A stretch of 40,862 bases of DNA from the IMG/VR virus record IMGVR_UViG_3300029779_000011; one strand, 5' to 3'. A program made the translations under genes and the position numbers. Every line of letters begins with the position of its first letter. Position 1 is the first letter of the stretch. Shown in pieces: positions 14,630 through 23,631 of the stretch. The notes under the pieces are model-generated. The model was not told where the DNA came from. It saw nothing but the letters and a program-made list of their open reading frames with translations, and made no database searches. The DNA comes from a virus.

Positions 14630-15803
14630 ATTTGCGAGGTACGCAAATCACCGCTGGAACTTTAAGGGCGGAGCAACTCGAAGTGGGAAGACGTATCTTG
14701 ATTTTAAATGGATTATCCCACTTCGTATTCGGGAGCGTGCCGGTAAAGACGGGCTTGCCGTCATCCTCGGTGTCACAAAATCCACAATCGAGCGAAACGT
14801 GCTCGAGCCGATGCGAAATCTTTACGGCGATAAGCTGGTAGGAACGATATCAAGCGATAACACTGCTTGGATATTTGGCGAGAAGTGCTATTGCCTCGGT
14901 GCGGAAAAGGTATCTCAGGTCTCGAAAATCCGCGGCGCGTCAATCAAGTATTGCTACGGTGACGAGGTTGCAGATTGGTCGGAAGAAGTCTTTGCACTTC
15001 TGAAAAGTCGACTTGATAAAGAGTATTCCTGCTTTGATGGAACGTATAACCCGCAATATCCGAACCATTGGCTGAAAAAGTTCTTGGACAGCAATGCAGA
15101 TATTTTCAGCCAAGTTTATACAATTGATGATAATCCGTTCTTGCCTCCTTCCTTCGTAGAAAACCTAAAGAAGGAATATGCCGGAACGGTTTTCTACGAT
15201 AGATACATTCTTGGGAAATGGACGCTGGCAGAAGGACTTGTATACCCTATGTTCGGCGATTCCTGCATCGTGCAGGACATACCGGACACCGGCGATTACT
15301 ACATTTCCATTGACTACGGCACACACAACCCATTTTCGGCTGGCTTGTGGTGTGTGACAAAAACAGAAGCGGTGCGAATCGGAGAGTATTATTACTGCGG
15401 GCGAGAAGAACGGAAAGAAAAAACGCCGGAAGAGTATTATTCAGAGGTCAAGCGCCTCGCGGGCGGGAGGGATATAAAATGCCTGATTGTAGACCCGTCG
15501 GCGGACGCTTTTATTGCCACCGTAAAGAAGCACCATGACTTCAAAGTGCGTGGGGCTGTGAATGATGTACTGCCCGGCATACAGACAACGGCTGAGATGA
15601 TTGCGTCCGGGAAGTTAAAAATCCATGAGAGCTGCGAGGACGCCATCCGCGAATTCGGGCTTTACAGGTGGGACGAAAAAGCAGAATCTGACCGCGTCGT
15701 GAAGGAAAACGACCACGCTATGGACGAAATCAGGTACATGGTGATGACGGTCTTGAAAAAGCACTTCAAAGAACACAGATTTGTGCCGGAACTGGCGCGG
15801 TGA
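14604..15803 (+). CDS. terL: terminase large subunit (PBSX-like)
   Basis: Walker A motif GGATRSGKT, a DE motif (CYGDEVADW) and a C-terminal nuclease region. Confidence 0.93.
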   Translation: MLLSQKQLEFARYANHRWNFKGGATRSGKTYLDFKWIIPLRIRERAGKDGLAVILGVTKSTIERNVLEPMRNLYGDKLVGTISSDNTAWIFGEKCYCLGAEKVSQVSKIRGASIKYCYGDEVADWSEEVFALLKSRLDKEYSCFDGTYNPQYPNHWLKKFLDSNADIFSQVYTIDDNPFLPPSFVENLKKEYAGTVFYDRYILGKWTLAEGLVYPMFGDSCIVQDIPDTGDYYISIDYGTHNPFSAGLWCVTKTEAVRIGEYYYCGREERKEKTPEEYYSEVKRLAGGRDIKCLIVDPSADAFIATVKKHHDFKVRGAVNDVLPGIQTTAEMIASGKLKIHESCEDAIREFGLYRWDEKAESDRVVKENDHAMDEIRYMVMTVLKKHFKEHRFVPELAR

Positions 15804-15811
15804 GGTAAAAG

Positions 15812-17170
15812 ATGAAAACATATCAGGATTTTTTAGAGGTTGCGGAAAAGTCTGACCGGGAACGGATGGAATTTATTTTGTCCGCGATAAATAATCACAA
15901 AGACTCGGATTTATACAAACAGGCGGTTATTGCGAAGGAGTATGACGCGCACCGGAATGTGACAATTGCCAATTTTCAAAAGCTGCTTTATACACTCAAC
16001 GGGAAAGTCATTCCGGACAACTACAGTCCGAACTATAAGCTTCGGAGCAATTTCTTTGCAAATTTCATCACGCAGGAAACGCAGTATTTGCTTGGAAACG
16101 GCGTGACACTGAAAAAAGAGGAAAACAAAGCGAAGTTGGGTGCTGGGTTTGACACACGGCTCCAAGACGCAGCACACGACGCGCTTGTCGGCGGCGTTTC
16201 CTATGGTTTCTGGAATCTCGATCACCTTGAAGTGTTTGATGTGACAGAATTTGTTCCGCTTCTGGATGAGGAAAACGGAGCACTTCGGTCGGGCATTCGT
16301 TTCTGGCAAGTATGCACAAGCAAGCCGCTGCGTGCTACTCTCTTTGAGCCTGACGGATTTACACAGTACATCCGACGGAGCGGGGAAGAAATGATGATTT
16401 TGGAGCCGAAGCGCGGCTATGTGGCTGTGGAAGCGACTTCTGAGATTGACGGGACTGAACTTCTGGCGTATCAGAATTATCCGGGCTTCCCTATTATTCC
16501 CATGTACGGGAACCGCGCAAAGCAGTCTGAACTGGTCGGACAGCGCGAGGCGATTGACTGCTACGATTTGATCAAATCCGGCTTTGCAAATACGGTTGAT
16601 GATGCCTCCGTTATTTACTGGACGATTTCCAATGCCGGTGGCATGGACGAGATCGATATGGCACGGTTCAAAGAGTCCATGCGGCGAATTGGCGTAGGTC
16701 TTGTGGACGATGACGGCGCGAAGGCGGAGGCTCATACGCTCACAATCCCGGTTGAAGCTCGGGAAGCGCTTCTTTCCAGAATCAGCGACGATCTGTACCG
16801 AGATTTTCAGATGTTGGACGTTACAAAACTGCAAGGCGGGCAGAAAACAGCGACGGAGATCAATGCGGCATATCAGTCGATGGATAACAAGGTCGATCAA
16901 TTCGAATACTGCGTAATTGATTTCTTACAGGCGCTTTTCAAAATCGTTGGGATTGAGGATGAGCCATCTTTTACTCGCTCTAAGGTAACAAATCAGCTGG
17001 AACAAACGCAGATGGTGCTTCTTGCGGCAAACTACCTCGATGATGAGACAATTTTGAACAAGCTCCCGTGGCTGACGCAAGAAGAAGCTTCCGAAATCCT
17101 GAAAAGAAAAGCGGCAGAGGATATTGAGCGCAGCTTCGAGCCGCCGGAGATGGTGAACGATGAGACCTGA
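15812..17170 (+). CDS. portal protein (SPP1 gp6-like)
   Basis: 452 aa, directly after terL. The N-terminal region is typical of SPP1-type portals. Confidence 0.88.
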   Translation: MKTYQDFLEVAEKSDRERMEFILSAINNHKDSDLYKQAVIAKEYDAHRNVTIANFQKLLYTLNGKVIPDNYSPNYKLRSNFFANFITQETQYLLGNGVTLKKEENKAKLGAGFDTRLQDAAHDALVGGVSYGFWNLDHLEVFDVTEFVPLLDEENGALRSGIRFWQVCTSKPLRATLFEPDGFTQYIRRSGEEMMILEPKRGYVAVEATSEIDGTELLAYQNYPGFPIIPMYGNRAKQSELVGQREAIDCYDLIKSGFANTVDDASVIYWTISNAGGMDEIDMARFKESMRRIGVGLVDDDGAKAEAHTLTIPVEAREALLSRISDDLYRDFQMLDVTKLQGGQKTATEINAAYQSMDNKVDQFEYCVIDFLQALFKIVGIEDEPSFTRSKVTNQLEQTQMVLLAANYLDDETILNKLPWLTQEEASEILKRKAAEDIERSFEPPEMVNDET

Positions 17171-18869
17171 TAAGGGATACGACCTCACCGAAAAAGAGTT
17201 AAAGGCGCTCGAAAAGCGGATATACGATTCTTACAAAGAAGCGTATGACGGTCTGACGGACATCATTAAGGAGTATTTCGCAAAGTTCGCAGACCGTGAC
17301 GAAGCCGAAAAGGCACGGCTGGACGCTGGCGATATCACCGAGGAACAATACAAGCAATGGCGGCTTGCGCAGATCGGGCGTGGAAAGCGCTTTGAGGCGC
17401 TACGGGATAAGGTCGCAGAGCGCATGACAAATGCAAACGCTGCTGCTGTTGCGTATGTCAACGATGCAACGCCGGGAATTTACAGTTTGAATCGGAATTT
17501 CGCGGCGTACACCATTGAACAAGTGACCGGCGATGTCGGATTTGACTTATGGGACGAACAGACTGTAAAGCGCCTAATTGTGGAACAGCCGGAGCTTATG
17601 CCGTATTACCCGCCGAAAAGAGCGTTAAAGCGCGGAATTGATCTTGCATGGGGCAAAAAGCAGATCACAGCCAGCGTCACAAGCTCCATTTTGCAGGGCA
17701 AGAGCATTAAGCACATGGCAGATGATCTACAATCCAGAATTGTCACCATGAACCGCGATTCCGCTATCCGGACAGCTCGAACGGCAGTCACGGGTGCGCA
17801 GAACGCCGGACGGATGGATTCTTATTTTGCGGCTGAAAAGATGGGGATTAAATGCCGCAAAGAGTGGATGGCGACGCTGGACGGAAGAACGCGCCATTCT
17901 CACGCGATGCTCGATGGTGAAGTCGTGGATAACGACAAGAAGTTTTCTAATGGTTGCCGATTCCCGGGAGACCCGCAAGGCAGACCGGAAGAAATATACA
18001 ACTGCCGCTGTACGTTGGTATCTGTGATAGAGGGAATTGGCACTTCCAGAGGACAGCGCCGAGCCAGAAATCCTGAGACAGGGCAAAATGAGCTTATTGA
18101 AAATATGACATACGCAGAGTGGGCGGGGTGGAAAAAGCGTGTGAAAAAGCCTAATTTTGCCCCTGCGGGAACGATCGATGAAGCGGAAAAATACGCGGAA
18201 ATGTTCGTTGAAAGTTACAAGAGCAAATATACAGGGAAAGTTGATTATCGTGGAATCGACATCGCACATGCAAATGAAATGAACAGGGCGTTGACAGAAG
18301 TTCTTGGCGAGTATGAAGTTGACTATAAACTTCGGAATATAACTCCGTTTAATACAAGAGAAAAACGCTTCAAAGATACAACGGCGGAAGCGGCGTATCA
18401 ATGGGGAACCGGAGATTTGTTCTTCAACAAAAAATACCTTAAAAATGCAAAAGCGATGGCAGACCACATAAAGGAATACACAGATTTGCTTAATCAGGTA
18501 TTACCAAACATTGATGTGGCAATGGAGCAAACCAAGAAAAAAACGGGCATAGCGGCAGAGCTTCAAATGCGTTATCTTAAAGCGCTAAAGAAAACGGGCA
18601 GGACAAATGTTAGCAAACCTGATGCCTATGGCTCAATGGTTCACGAGCTAGGGCATTACTTAGACGATAGGTTGTTCACAAAAGCTGTGAAAGAATCTGG
18701 GTTCAATATGGCGAGCAGTTTTTCAAAATATGCCGAAAATGTTTCCGCATACGCTACAAGCAACAGGCAAGAATACGTTGCAGAGAGCTTCACGGCATAT
18801 TGGTTTGGGGAAACAAGCGAGTTAGACCCAGAACTTGTGAAAATCTTTGAAAGGCTTAAGAAAAAATGA
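17160..18869 (+). CDS. minor head protein (SPP1 gp7 / Mu F-like) fused to a C-terminal HExxH zincin-like domain
   Basis: MuF motif LDGRTRHSHAMLDGEVV...NCRCTL. HELGH lies at 18642-18656 and EYVAESF at 18771-18791. Confidence 0.85.
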   Translation: MRPDKGYDLTEKELKALEKRIYDSYKEAYDGLTDIIKEYFAKFADRDEAEKARLDAGDITEEQYKQWRLAQIGRGKRFEALRDKVAERMTNANAAAVAYVNDATPGIYSLNRNFAAYTIEQVTGDVGFDLWDEQTVKRLIVEQPELMPYYPPKRALKRGIDLAWGKKQITASVTSSILQGKSIKHMADDLQSRIVTMNRDSAIRTARTAVTGAQNAGRMDSYFAAEKMGIKCRKEWMATLDGRTRHSHAMLDGEVVDNDKKFSNGCRFPGDPQGRPEEIYNCRCTLVSVIEGIGTSRGQRRARNPETGQNELIENMTYAEWAGWKKRVKKPNFAPAGTIDEAEKYAEMFVESYKSKYTGKVDYRGIDIAHANEMNRALTEVLGEYEVDYKLRNITPFNTREKRFKDTTAEAAYQWGTGDLFFNKKYLKNAKAMADHIKEYTDLLNQVLPNIDVAMEQTKKKTGIAAELQMRYLKALKKTGRTNVSKPDAYGSMVHELGHYLDDRLFTKAVKESGFNMASSFSKYAENVSAYATSNRQEYVAESFTAYWFGETSELDPELVKIFERLKKK

Positions 18870-18935
18870 AAAATGGGGAGTACATCATTGATGATTTTTT
18901 GAGAGCATTAAAAGAAATTGCAGAGGAAGTGAAAA

Positions 18936-19334
18936 GTGAACGTTGAATTTATCGACAATTCCGAACAAGTGAAGTCCGCTATGCACGACGCGCTGATTCG
19001 CGCCCTCGAAAAGATCGGCATGACGGCTGAAAAGTACGCGAAGCGGCTTTGCCCGGTGGACACCGGCAATCTGAGGAACAGTATCACTCACCGCGTAGAT
19101 GAAGGGGAACCGGCTGCATACATCGGAAGTGACACGGAATATGCCGCATACGTCGAACTCGGAACCGGTAAGTATTATCCGGGCGGGAGACCTACGCCGT
19201 GGGCGTATCAGGACGCAAAGGGAAACTGGCACTGGACGGCGGGCAATAAAGCGCAGCCATATTTGAAGCCCGCAGCGGCTGACCATGCGTCCGAATACCG
19301 GCAGATCGTAGAGGATGAATTGAAAAATGGCTGA
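18936..19334 (+). CDS. HK97 gp10-like neck/tail-completion protein
   Basis: GTG start. CPVDTGNLRNSI and YAAYVELGTG motifs. Confidence 0.7.
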   Translation: MNVEFIDNSEQVKSAMHDALIRALEKIGMTAEKYAKRLCPVDTGNLRNSITHRVDEGEPAAYIGSDTEYAAYVELGTGKYYPGGRPTPWAYQDAKGNWHWTAGNKAQPYLKPAAADHASEYRQIVEDELKNG

Positions 19335-19354
19335 AAGTTTGCGTAAGAGAGCCT
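19334..19354 (+). repeat. 21-nt exact repeat AAAGTTTGCGTAAGAGAGCCT, copy 2
   Basis: Identical to 14031..14051. Starts at the last base of the gp10-like stop codon. Confidence 0.9.
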
Positions 19355-19371
19355 AAAATATGCGGTATAAA

Positions 19372-19411
19372 TGTGGTAACAGTGAAGAAACGACTGTTGC
19401 CACATTTTTTT
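19372..19411 (+). terminator. rho-independent terminator
   Basis: TGTGGTAACAGT-gaagaaacg-ACTGTTGCCACA, a 12-bp stem with one G-U pair, followed by T7. Confidence 0.8.
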
Positions 19412-19458
19412 GTTCTGTCGCGGCAAAGAACCGCCGACAAGGGAAAGGGAGATAGAAC

Positions 19459-20049
19459 ATGGCATTAACAAGGAAGCTCCTAAAGGGCATGGGGCTGACG
19501 GAAGAGCAGATGGACACTATCATTGAGGCACACACCGATACCGTAGACGGGCTGAAAAACGATCTCGCGCGGTATAAGGCAGACGCCGAAAAGCTCCCCG
19601 GAGTACAGGCGGAGCTGGAAAACCTGAAAGCCAAAGGCGACGACGGCTGGAAGGATAAGCACGACAAGGTCAAAAAGGAATTTGACGATTACAAAAGAGA
19701 GCAGATACAGAAGGAAACCAAGAGCGCGAAGGAATCCGCGTATCGGGAACTTTTGAAGTCTGCGGGTATCAGCGAAAAGCGCATTGATTCGGTTTTGAAG
19801 GTCACCGATCTTTCTTCGGTTGAATTGGAAGACGGCAAGATCAAGAACGCCGATGATTTGAAGAAGTCCATCAAGGAAGAGTGGGCAGATTTCGTTGTTA
19901 CCACGAAACAGAAGGGCGCGGACACCAAAGACCCGCCCGCAAACAACGGCGGCGCTATGAGCCGGGACGACATCTTTAAAATTAGGGATGCGTCTGAACG
20001 GCAGGCAGCAATTGCCGCAAATCTCAATTTGTTCGGAAAGGAAGAATAA
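19459..20049 (+). CDS. scaffolding protein
   Basis: Highly charged coiled-coil protein of 196 aa, directly upstream of the capsid gene. Confidence 0.75.
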   Translation: MALTRKLLKGMGLTEEQMDTIIEAHTDTVDGLKNDLARYKADAEKLPGVQAELENLKAKGDDGWKDKHDKVKKEFDDYKREQIQKETKSAKESAYRELLKSAGISEKRIDSVLKVTDLSSVELEDGKIKNADDLKKSIKEEWADFVVTTKQKGADTKDPPANNGGAMSRDDIFKIRDASERQAAIAANLNLFGKEE

Positions 20050-20050
20050 T

Positions 20051-21214
20051 ATGGCAGCAAAAAACAACCTGACCATGACGAGCGACGTTCAGGTAACCGC
20101 TCGGGAAATCGATTTTGTAACCCGCTTTGCGCGGAACTGGCAGCATCTGCGCGACATTCTCGGCATTATGCGCCCCATCAAAAAGCAGCCGGGTACCGTT
20201 CTGAAATCCAAGACCGCAAGCGTGACGCTCGCGCAGAGCGTCGGCGAGGGCGAAGAGATCCCCTACTCCAAAGCGACTGTCATTGAGAAGGACTATGCGA
20301 ACATCAACGTCGAAAAGTACGCGAAGGCGGTCTCTATCGAGGCAATCAAGGAATACGGCTATGATGTCGCAGTCGCGATGACCGATGAAGCTTTCCTGTA
20401 TGAGCTTCAGACCAACGTCACGAACCGGTTCTACGACTACCTGAATACCGGTCTTCTGAGCGTCAGCGAAACCAACTGGCAGCGTGCGCTTGCGATGGCG
20501 AAGGGTGCTGTTATCAACAAGTTCAAGCAGATGCACAGAACCGCGACAAACGTTGTCGGCTTTGTGAACGTCATGGACTTGTATGACTACCTCGGCGGCG
20601 CTGATATCACCATCCAGACTGAGTTCGGCTTCCAGTACATCAAGAACTTCATGGGCTACAGCACCGTGTTCCTGCTGTCTGACGAAGAAATCAAGCGTGG
20701 TCGTGTCATTGCGACTCCGGTTGAGAACATCGTTCTGTACTACATCGACCCGGCTGACAGCGATTTCGCCCGTGCCGGTCTTGACTACAGAACTGATGGC
20801 GAAACGAACCTGGTTGGTTTCCACGTGCAGGGCAACTACTCCACGGCGGTCTCCGAGTCCTTTGCAATCATGGGCATGACCCTGTTCGCGGAGTATCAGG
20901 ACGGCATTGCCGTTGCTGACATTGACGAGACCCCGTCGCTCGGCACACTGACCGTTACTTCGGCAGCCGGAACCGCAACCGGCGACACGAAGATCACAGT
21001 CAACCCGGCGAAGGAAACGTCTGGGAATGTCTACAAGTACAAGGTGGGCGATTCGGCTGAGACTGTGACCTATGGTCAGAATGTCAGAACGTGGTCGACG
21101 TGGGACGGCAAGTCCGATATCACTGCGACGACGGGCAAGAAGATCACAGTCGTTGAGGCTGACGCGACCTACAAGGCGCAGAAGGCTGGCAACGCGACGG
21201 TAACGGCGAAGTAA
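20051..21214 (+). CDS. major capsid protein with C-terminal Ig-like domain
   Basis: ATG 2 nt after the scaffold stop. 387 aa. The C-terminal TVTSAAGTATGDTKITV...VTAK region resembles Big_2. Confidence 0.85.
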   Translation: MAAKNNLTMTSDVQVTAREIDFVTRFARNWQHLRDILGIMRPIKKQPGTVLKSKTASVTLAQSVGEGEEIPYSKATVIEKDYANINVEKYAKAVSIEAIKEYGYDVAVAMTDEAFLYELQTNVTNRFYDYLNTGLLSVSETNWQRALAMAKGAVINKFKQMHRTATNVVGFVNVMDLYDYLGGADITIQTEFGFQYIKNFMGYSTVFLLSDEEIKRGRVIATPVENIVLYYIDPADSDFARAGLDYRTDGETNLVGFHVQGNYSTAVSESFAIMGMTLFAEYQDGIAVADIDETPSLGTLTVTSAAGTATGDTKITVNPAKETSGNVYKYKVGDSAETVTYGQNVRTWSTWDGKSDITATTGKKITVVEADATYKAQKAGNATVTAK

Positions 21215-21230
21215 TGGAGGTGGCGGTGTG

Positions 21231-21650
21231 ATGCTGACTGAATTATGTGGCGTGCTTCGGAACTGGTTTGAAACTGACAGAATCAGTGGTACGTACACGG
21301 TCGAAAACGGCAGCATCACACTGCCGTTTTTGCAAAACGGGCAGTTTTTCCGTGTGGTGGGCTCTGTTTTCAACGATGGAGTTCACCAATACCCGGATTA
21401 CGCGATGGCAGACGAGACATTTGATGGCTCTATCTGGCCGATGTCTGTTCCTCCCGCGCTTCTCTGCTTGGGAGAGGAAATCAAGGCGTGGCAGGAAAAG
21501 AACGGAGACATCGCCGCGAGCCCGTACACGTCGGAGAGCTTCGGCGGGTACAGCTATTCGAAATCGACGAGCGGGTCTGCAACCGGCGCTGGGATGGTAA
21601 CATGGCAGTCTGTTTTTAAGTCGCGCCTGAACCAATGGAGGAAGATATGA
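21231..21650 (+). CDS. head-tail connector protein
   Basis: ATG 7 nt after GGAGGTGG. Position after the capsid gene. Confidence 0.55.
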   Translation: MLTELCGVLRNWFETDRISGTYTVENGSITLPFLQNGQFFRVVGSVFNDGVHQYPDYAMADETFDGSIWPMSVPPALLCLGEEIKAWQEKNGDIAASPYTSESFGGYSYSKSTSGSATGAGMVTWQSVFKSRLNQWRKI

Positions 21651-21997
21651 GCTTACTTGACGATTTTGCAAGACCGTGTGTCCTCTTGGACAAAAGCCGC
21701 GTGCCGGACGGCGAGAGCGGCTATATCACGACGTGGGCGGAAGGCGCGGAGTTTTACAACTATCAGGCGCTTGATACGTCGATGGAGGCCAGAAGAGCCG
21801 AAAAAGAGGGCGTTACAAGCGTTTACTCGGTTCTGGTTCAGCAAAGCGTTCCGATTGAGTATAACGACTTCTTCCGGGATAAAACGACCGGCGAGACGTA
21901 CCGTGTAACATCGGAGCCGATGGCAAAGAAAACCCCACGCTCGGCCAGCTTCGATCTCAAGTATTTCACGGCAGAAAAGAAGGCGTTACCGGCATGA
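21647..21997 (+). CDS. head-closure / head-tail adaptor protein
   Basis: ATG behind GGAGGAAG. ATGA coupling. Assigned by size and position. Confidence 0.55.
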   Translation: MSLLDDFARPCVLLDKSRVPDGESGYITTWAEGAEFYNYQALDTSMEARRAEKEGVTSVYSVLVQQSVPIEYNDFFRDKTTGETYRVTSEPMAKKTPRSASFDLKYFTAEKKALPA

Positions 21998-22362
21998 CAA
22001 AAGGACAGGCTCTACAAGAATGGTTTTCGCAGTTCCTGACAGCCTATTCGACGTCCAGCGTGCCGGACGATGCTGTTTTCCCGTGGCTCACGTATGAGCT
22101 TATTACGGGCGCATGGGATAGTGGAGAGATCGGGCTTACGGTGAATCTGTGGTACTACACGGAAAAGGAAGCAGAACCGAATGCCAAAGCGCAGGAAATT
22201 TCGGACGCGATCGGATTGGGCGGCGTGTTCGTTCCGTGCGACGGCGGCGCAATTTGGATTAAGCGCGGAGCGCCGTGGTGCCAGAACATCGCGGACGGTT
22301 CCGACAAATACATCAAGCGGCGGTATTTGAACGTAACGGTCGAATACATTACCGCGAACTGA
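21994..22362 (+). CDS. tail terminator/completion protein
   Basis: ATGA coupling. Precedes the major tail protein. Confidence 0.55.
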   Translation: MTKGQALQEWFSQFLTAYSTSSVPDDAVFPWLTYELITGAWDSGEIGLTVNLWYYTEKEAEPNAKAQEISDAIGLGGVFVPCDGGAIWIKRGAPWCQNIADGSDKYIKRRYLNVTVEYITAN

Positions 22363-22375
22363 AAGGACTGATTTC

Positions 22376-22966
22376 ATGGCGAAATTTACAAAAATTCCGG
22401 CGGATACGTTTAAGCAGCTGCAAATCAACGCTGGCGTTGTTTTGAGCGAATTTGCGCCTGCAACCGGAACGTTTGAACCGGAGAACCAGATCGGTGCAAC
22501 TACCGGCGGCGTTACGTTTTCCGCGACACCGACGTATTCCGACTACGGCTCGGATGTGGACAACTGCCCCAAGAACACAATGGAAATGAAGCGGATGGAC
22601 GATGTCGAAGTGAAGCTTGCTGGTACATACGTAACGGCTACGACCGCCTCCGCGAAATCTCTTATGGCGGCGGCTGACATCGACGGCACAGATACGACGA
22701 AGGTTGTTCCTCGGCGCGATCTTTCGGCGGCTGACTTTGCGGACATCTGGCTTGTTGGTGATTATTCCGACAAGAACGGTGCGACAAACGGTGGTTTCAT
22801 TGCTATTCGCCTTATGAACGCGCTGTCGACCGGCGGATTCCAGCTGAAAACAGCGGACAAAAACAAGGGGCAGATGGCGTTTGAGTACACGGCGCACTAT
22901 TCGATGTCGAAGCAGGACGTTGTGCCGTATGAGGTTTATATCAAAGCAGGCACGGCTGAAACGTAA
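22376..22966 (+). CDS. major tail protein
   Basis: 196 aa beta-rich protein directly upstream of the chaperone pair and tape measure. Confidence 0.75.
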   Translation: MAKFTKIPADTFKQLQINAGVVLSEFAPATGTFEPENQIGATTGGVTFSATPTYSDYGSDVDNCPKNTMEMKRMDDVEVKLAGTYVTATTASAKSLMAAADIDGTDTTKVVPRRDLSAADFADIWLVGDYSDKNGATNGGFIAIRLMNALSTGGFQLKTADKNKGQMAFEYTAHYSMSKQDVVPYEVYIKAGTAET

Positions 22967-22978
22967 GGAGAAGAAAGT

Positions 22979-23347
22979 ATGAAATTTTCGGAACTTAGCA
23001 CGGATAGGGCGGCTGATGTTCTTTGCGAGGTCAGCGTGTACGCGCTCAACATCCTGACGGATGACGAGCTGCGGGAGAGTCTGAAAGCACAGATTGACGC
23101 AGAGAAGCCTCAGACAGCCGGTGAAAAATACGCGATCGGTGCGCAGAAGATCGGGCAGTGGATTCCCCTGATTCTGAAAAAGCACAGAGAGGACACACTT
23201 GGTATTCTGGCTGCGGTCAACGAAACGACTGTTGAGGCGGTCAAAAAGCAGAGTCTTATCAAGACCATGCGGCAGATTCAGGAGATCGTCAGGGACAAAG
23301 ATATGCTGGATTTTTTCAAATCGTGCGCGTCGGAGGCGAAAGCGTAA
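22979..23347 (+). CDS. tail assembly chaperone (gpG-like)
   Basis: Position between the major tail protein and the tape measure. Contains the slippery site near its end. Confidence 0.7.
   Translation: MKFSELSTDRAADVLCEVSVYALNILTDDELRESLKAQIDAEKPQTAGEKYAIGAQKIGQWIPLILKKHREDTLGILAAVNETTVEAVKKQSLIKTMRQIQEIVRDKDMLDFFKSCASEAKA
23311..23317 (+). promoter_or_regulatory. -1 programmed frameshift slippery heptamer T TTT TTC
   Basis: In the G frame this reads GAT TTT TTC. The -1 frame stays open to 23631. Confidence 0.6.
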
Positions 23348-23631
23348 CGCTTGCGCTTCTGGCGGCTCCAAAGATAAGCGCGGGAGGGCTGATTCGCCTT
23401 TTGCCGATTTTGGTAAAGCGGCAGCAGGAAGAATCAGCCTTCCGCATTTATACGACGGAGTGTTTGCGCACAATGACGGAAAACACGGCGAAATTCGCGG
23501 GCGGTAGCTTTGTTCAGGCGAAATATTCTGACCTGATAGACCCGAAGCCGCAGGACAGCCGAACCTGCGAAGAAATCACCGCCGAGGTTGTTAAGCGGTG
23601 CGGACTGGTGGTGAAAGATGAATCTATTTGA
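23323..23631 (+). CDS. gpT-like extension of the tail chaperone (expressed as a G-T fusion by -1 frameshift)
   Basis: ORF in the -1 frame overlapping the end of gpG. Has no RBS of its own. Confidence 0.6.
   Translation: MRVGGESVTLALLAAPKISAGGLIRLLPILVKRQQEESAFRIYTTECLRTMTENTAKFAGGSFVQAKYSDLIDPKPQDSRTCEEITAEVVKRCGLVVKDESI

Noticed and set aside
15911-16900. 329-aa minus-strand ORF
   Set aside because: It is an antisense shadow inside the portal gene, with an Arg-rich composition and no RBS.
20024-21373. 449-aa minus-strand ORF
   Set aside because: It is an antisense shadow of the major capsid gene, Arg/Val-rich and without expression signals.
22349-23473. 374-aa minus-strand ORF
   Set aside because: It is antisense to the major tail and chaperone genes, with the same shadow-ORF composition.
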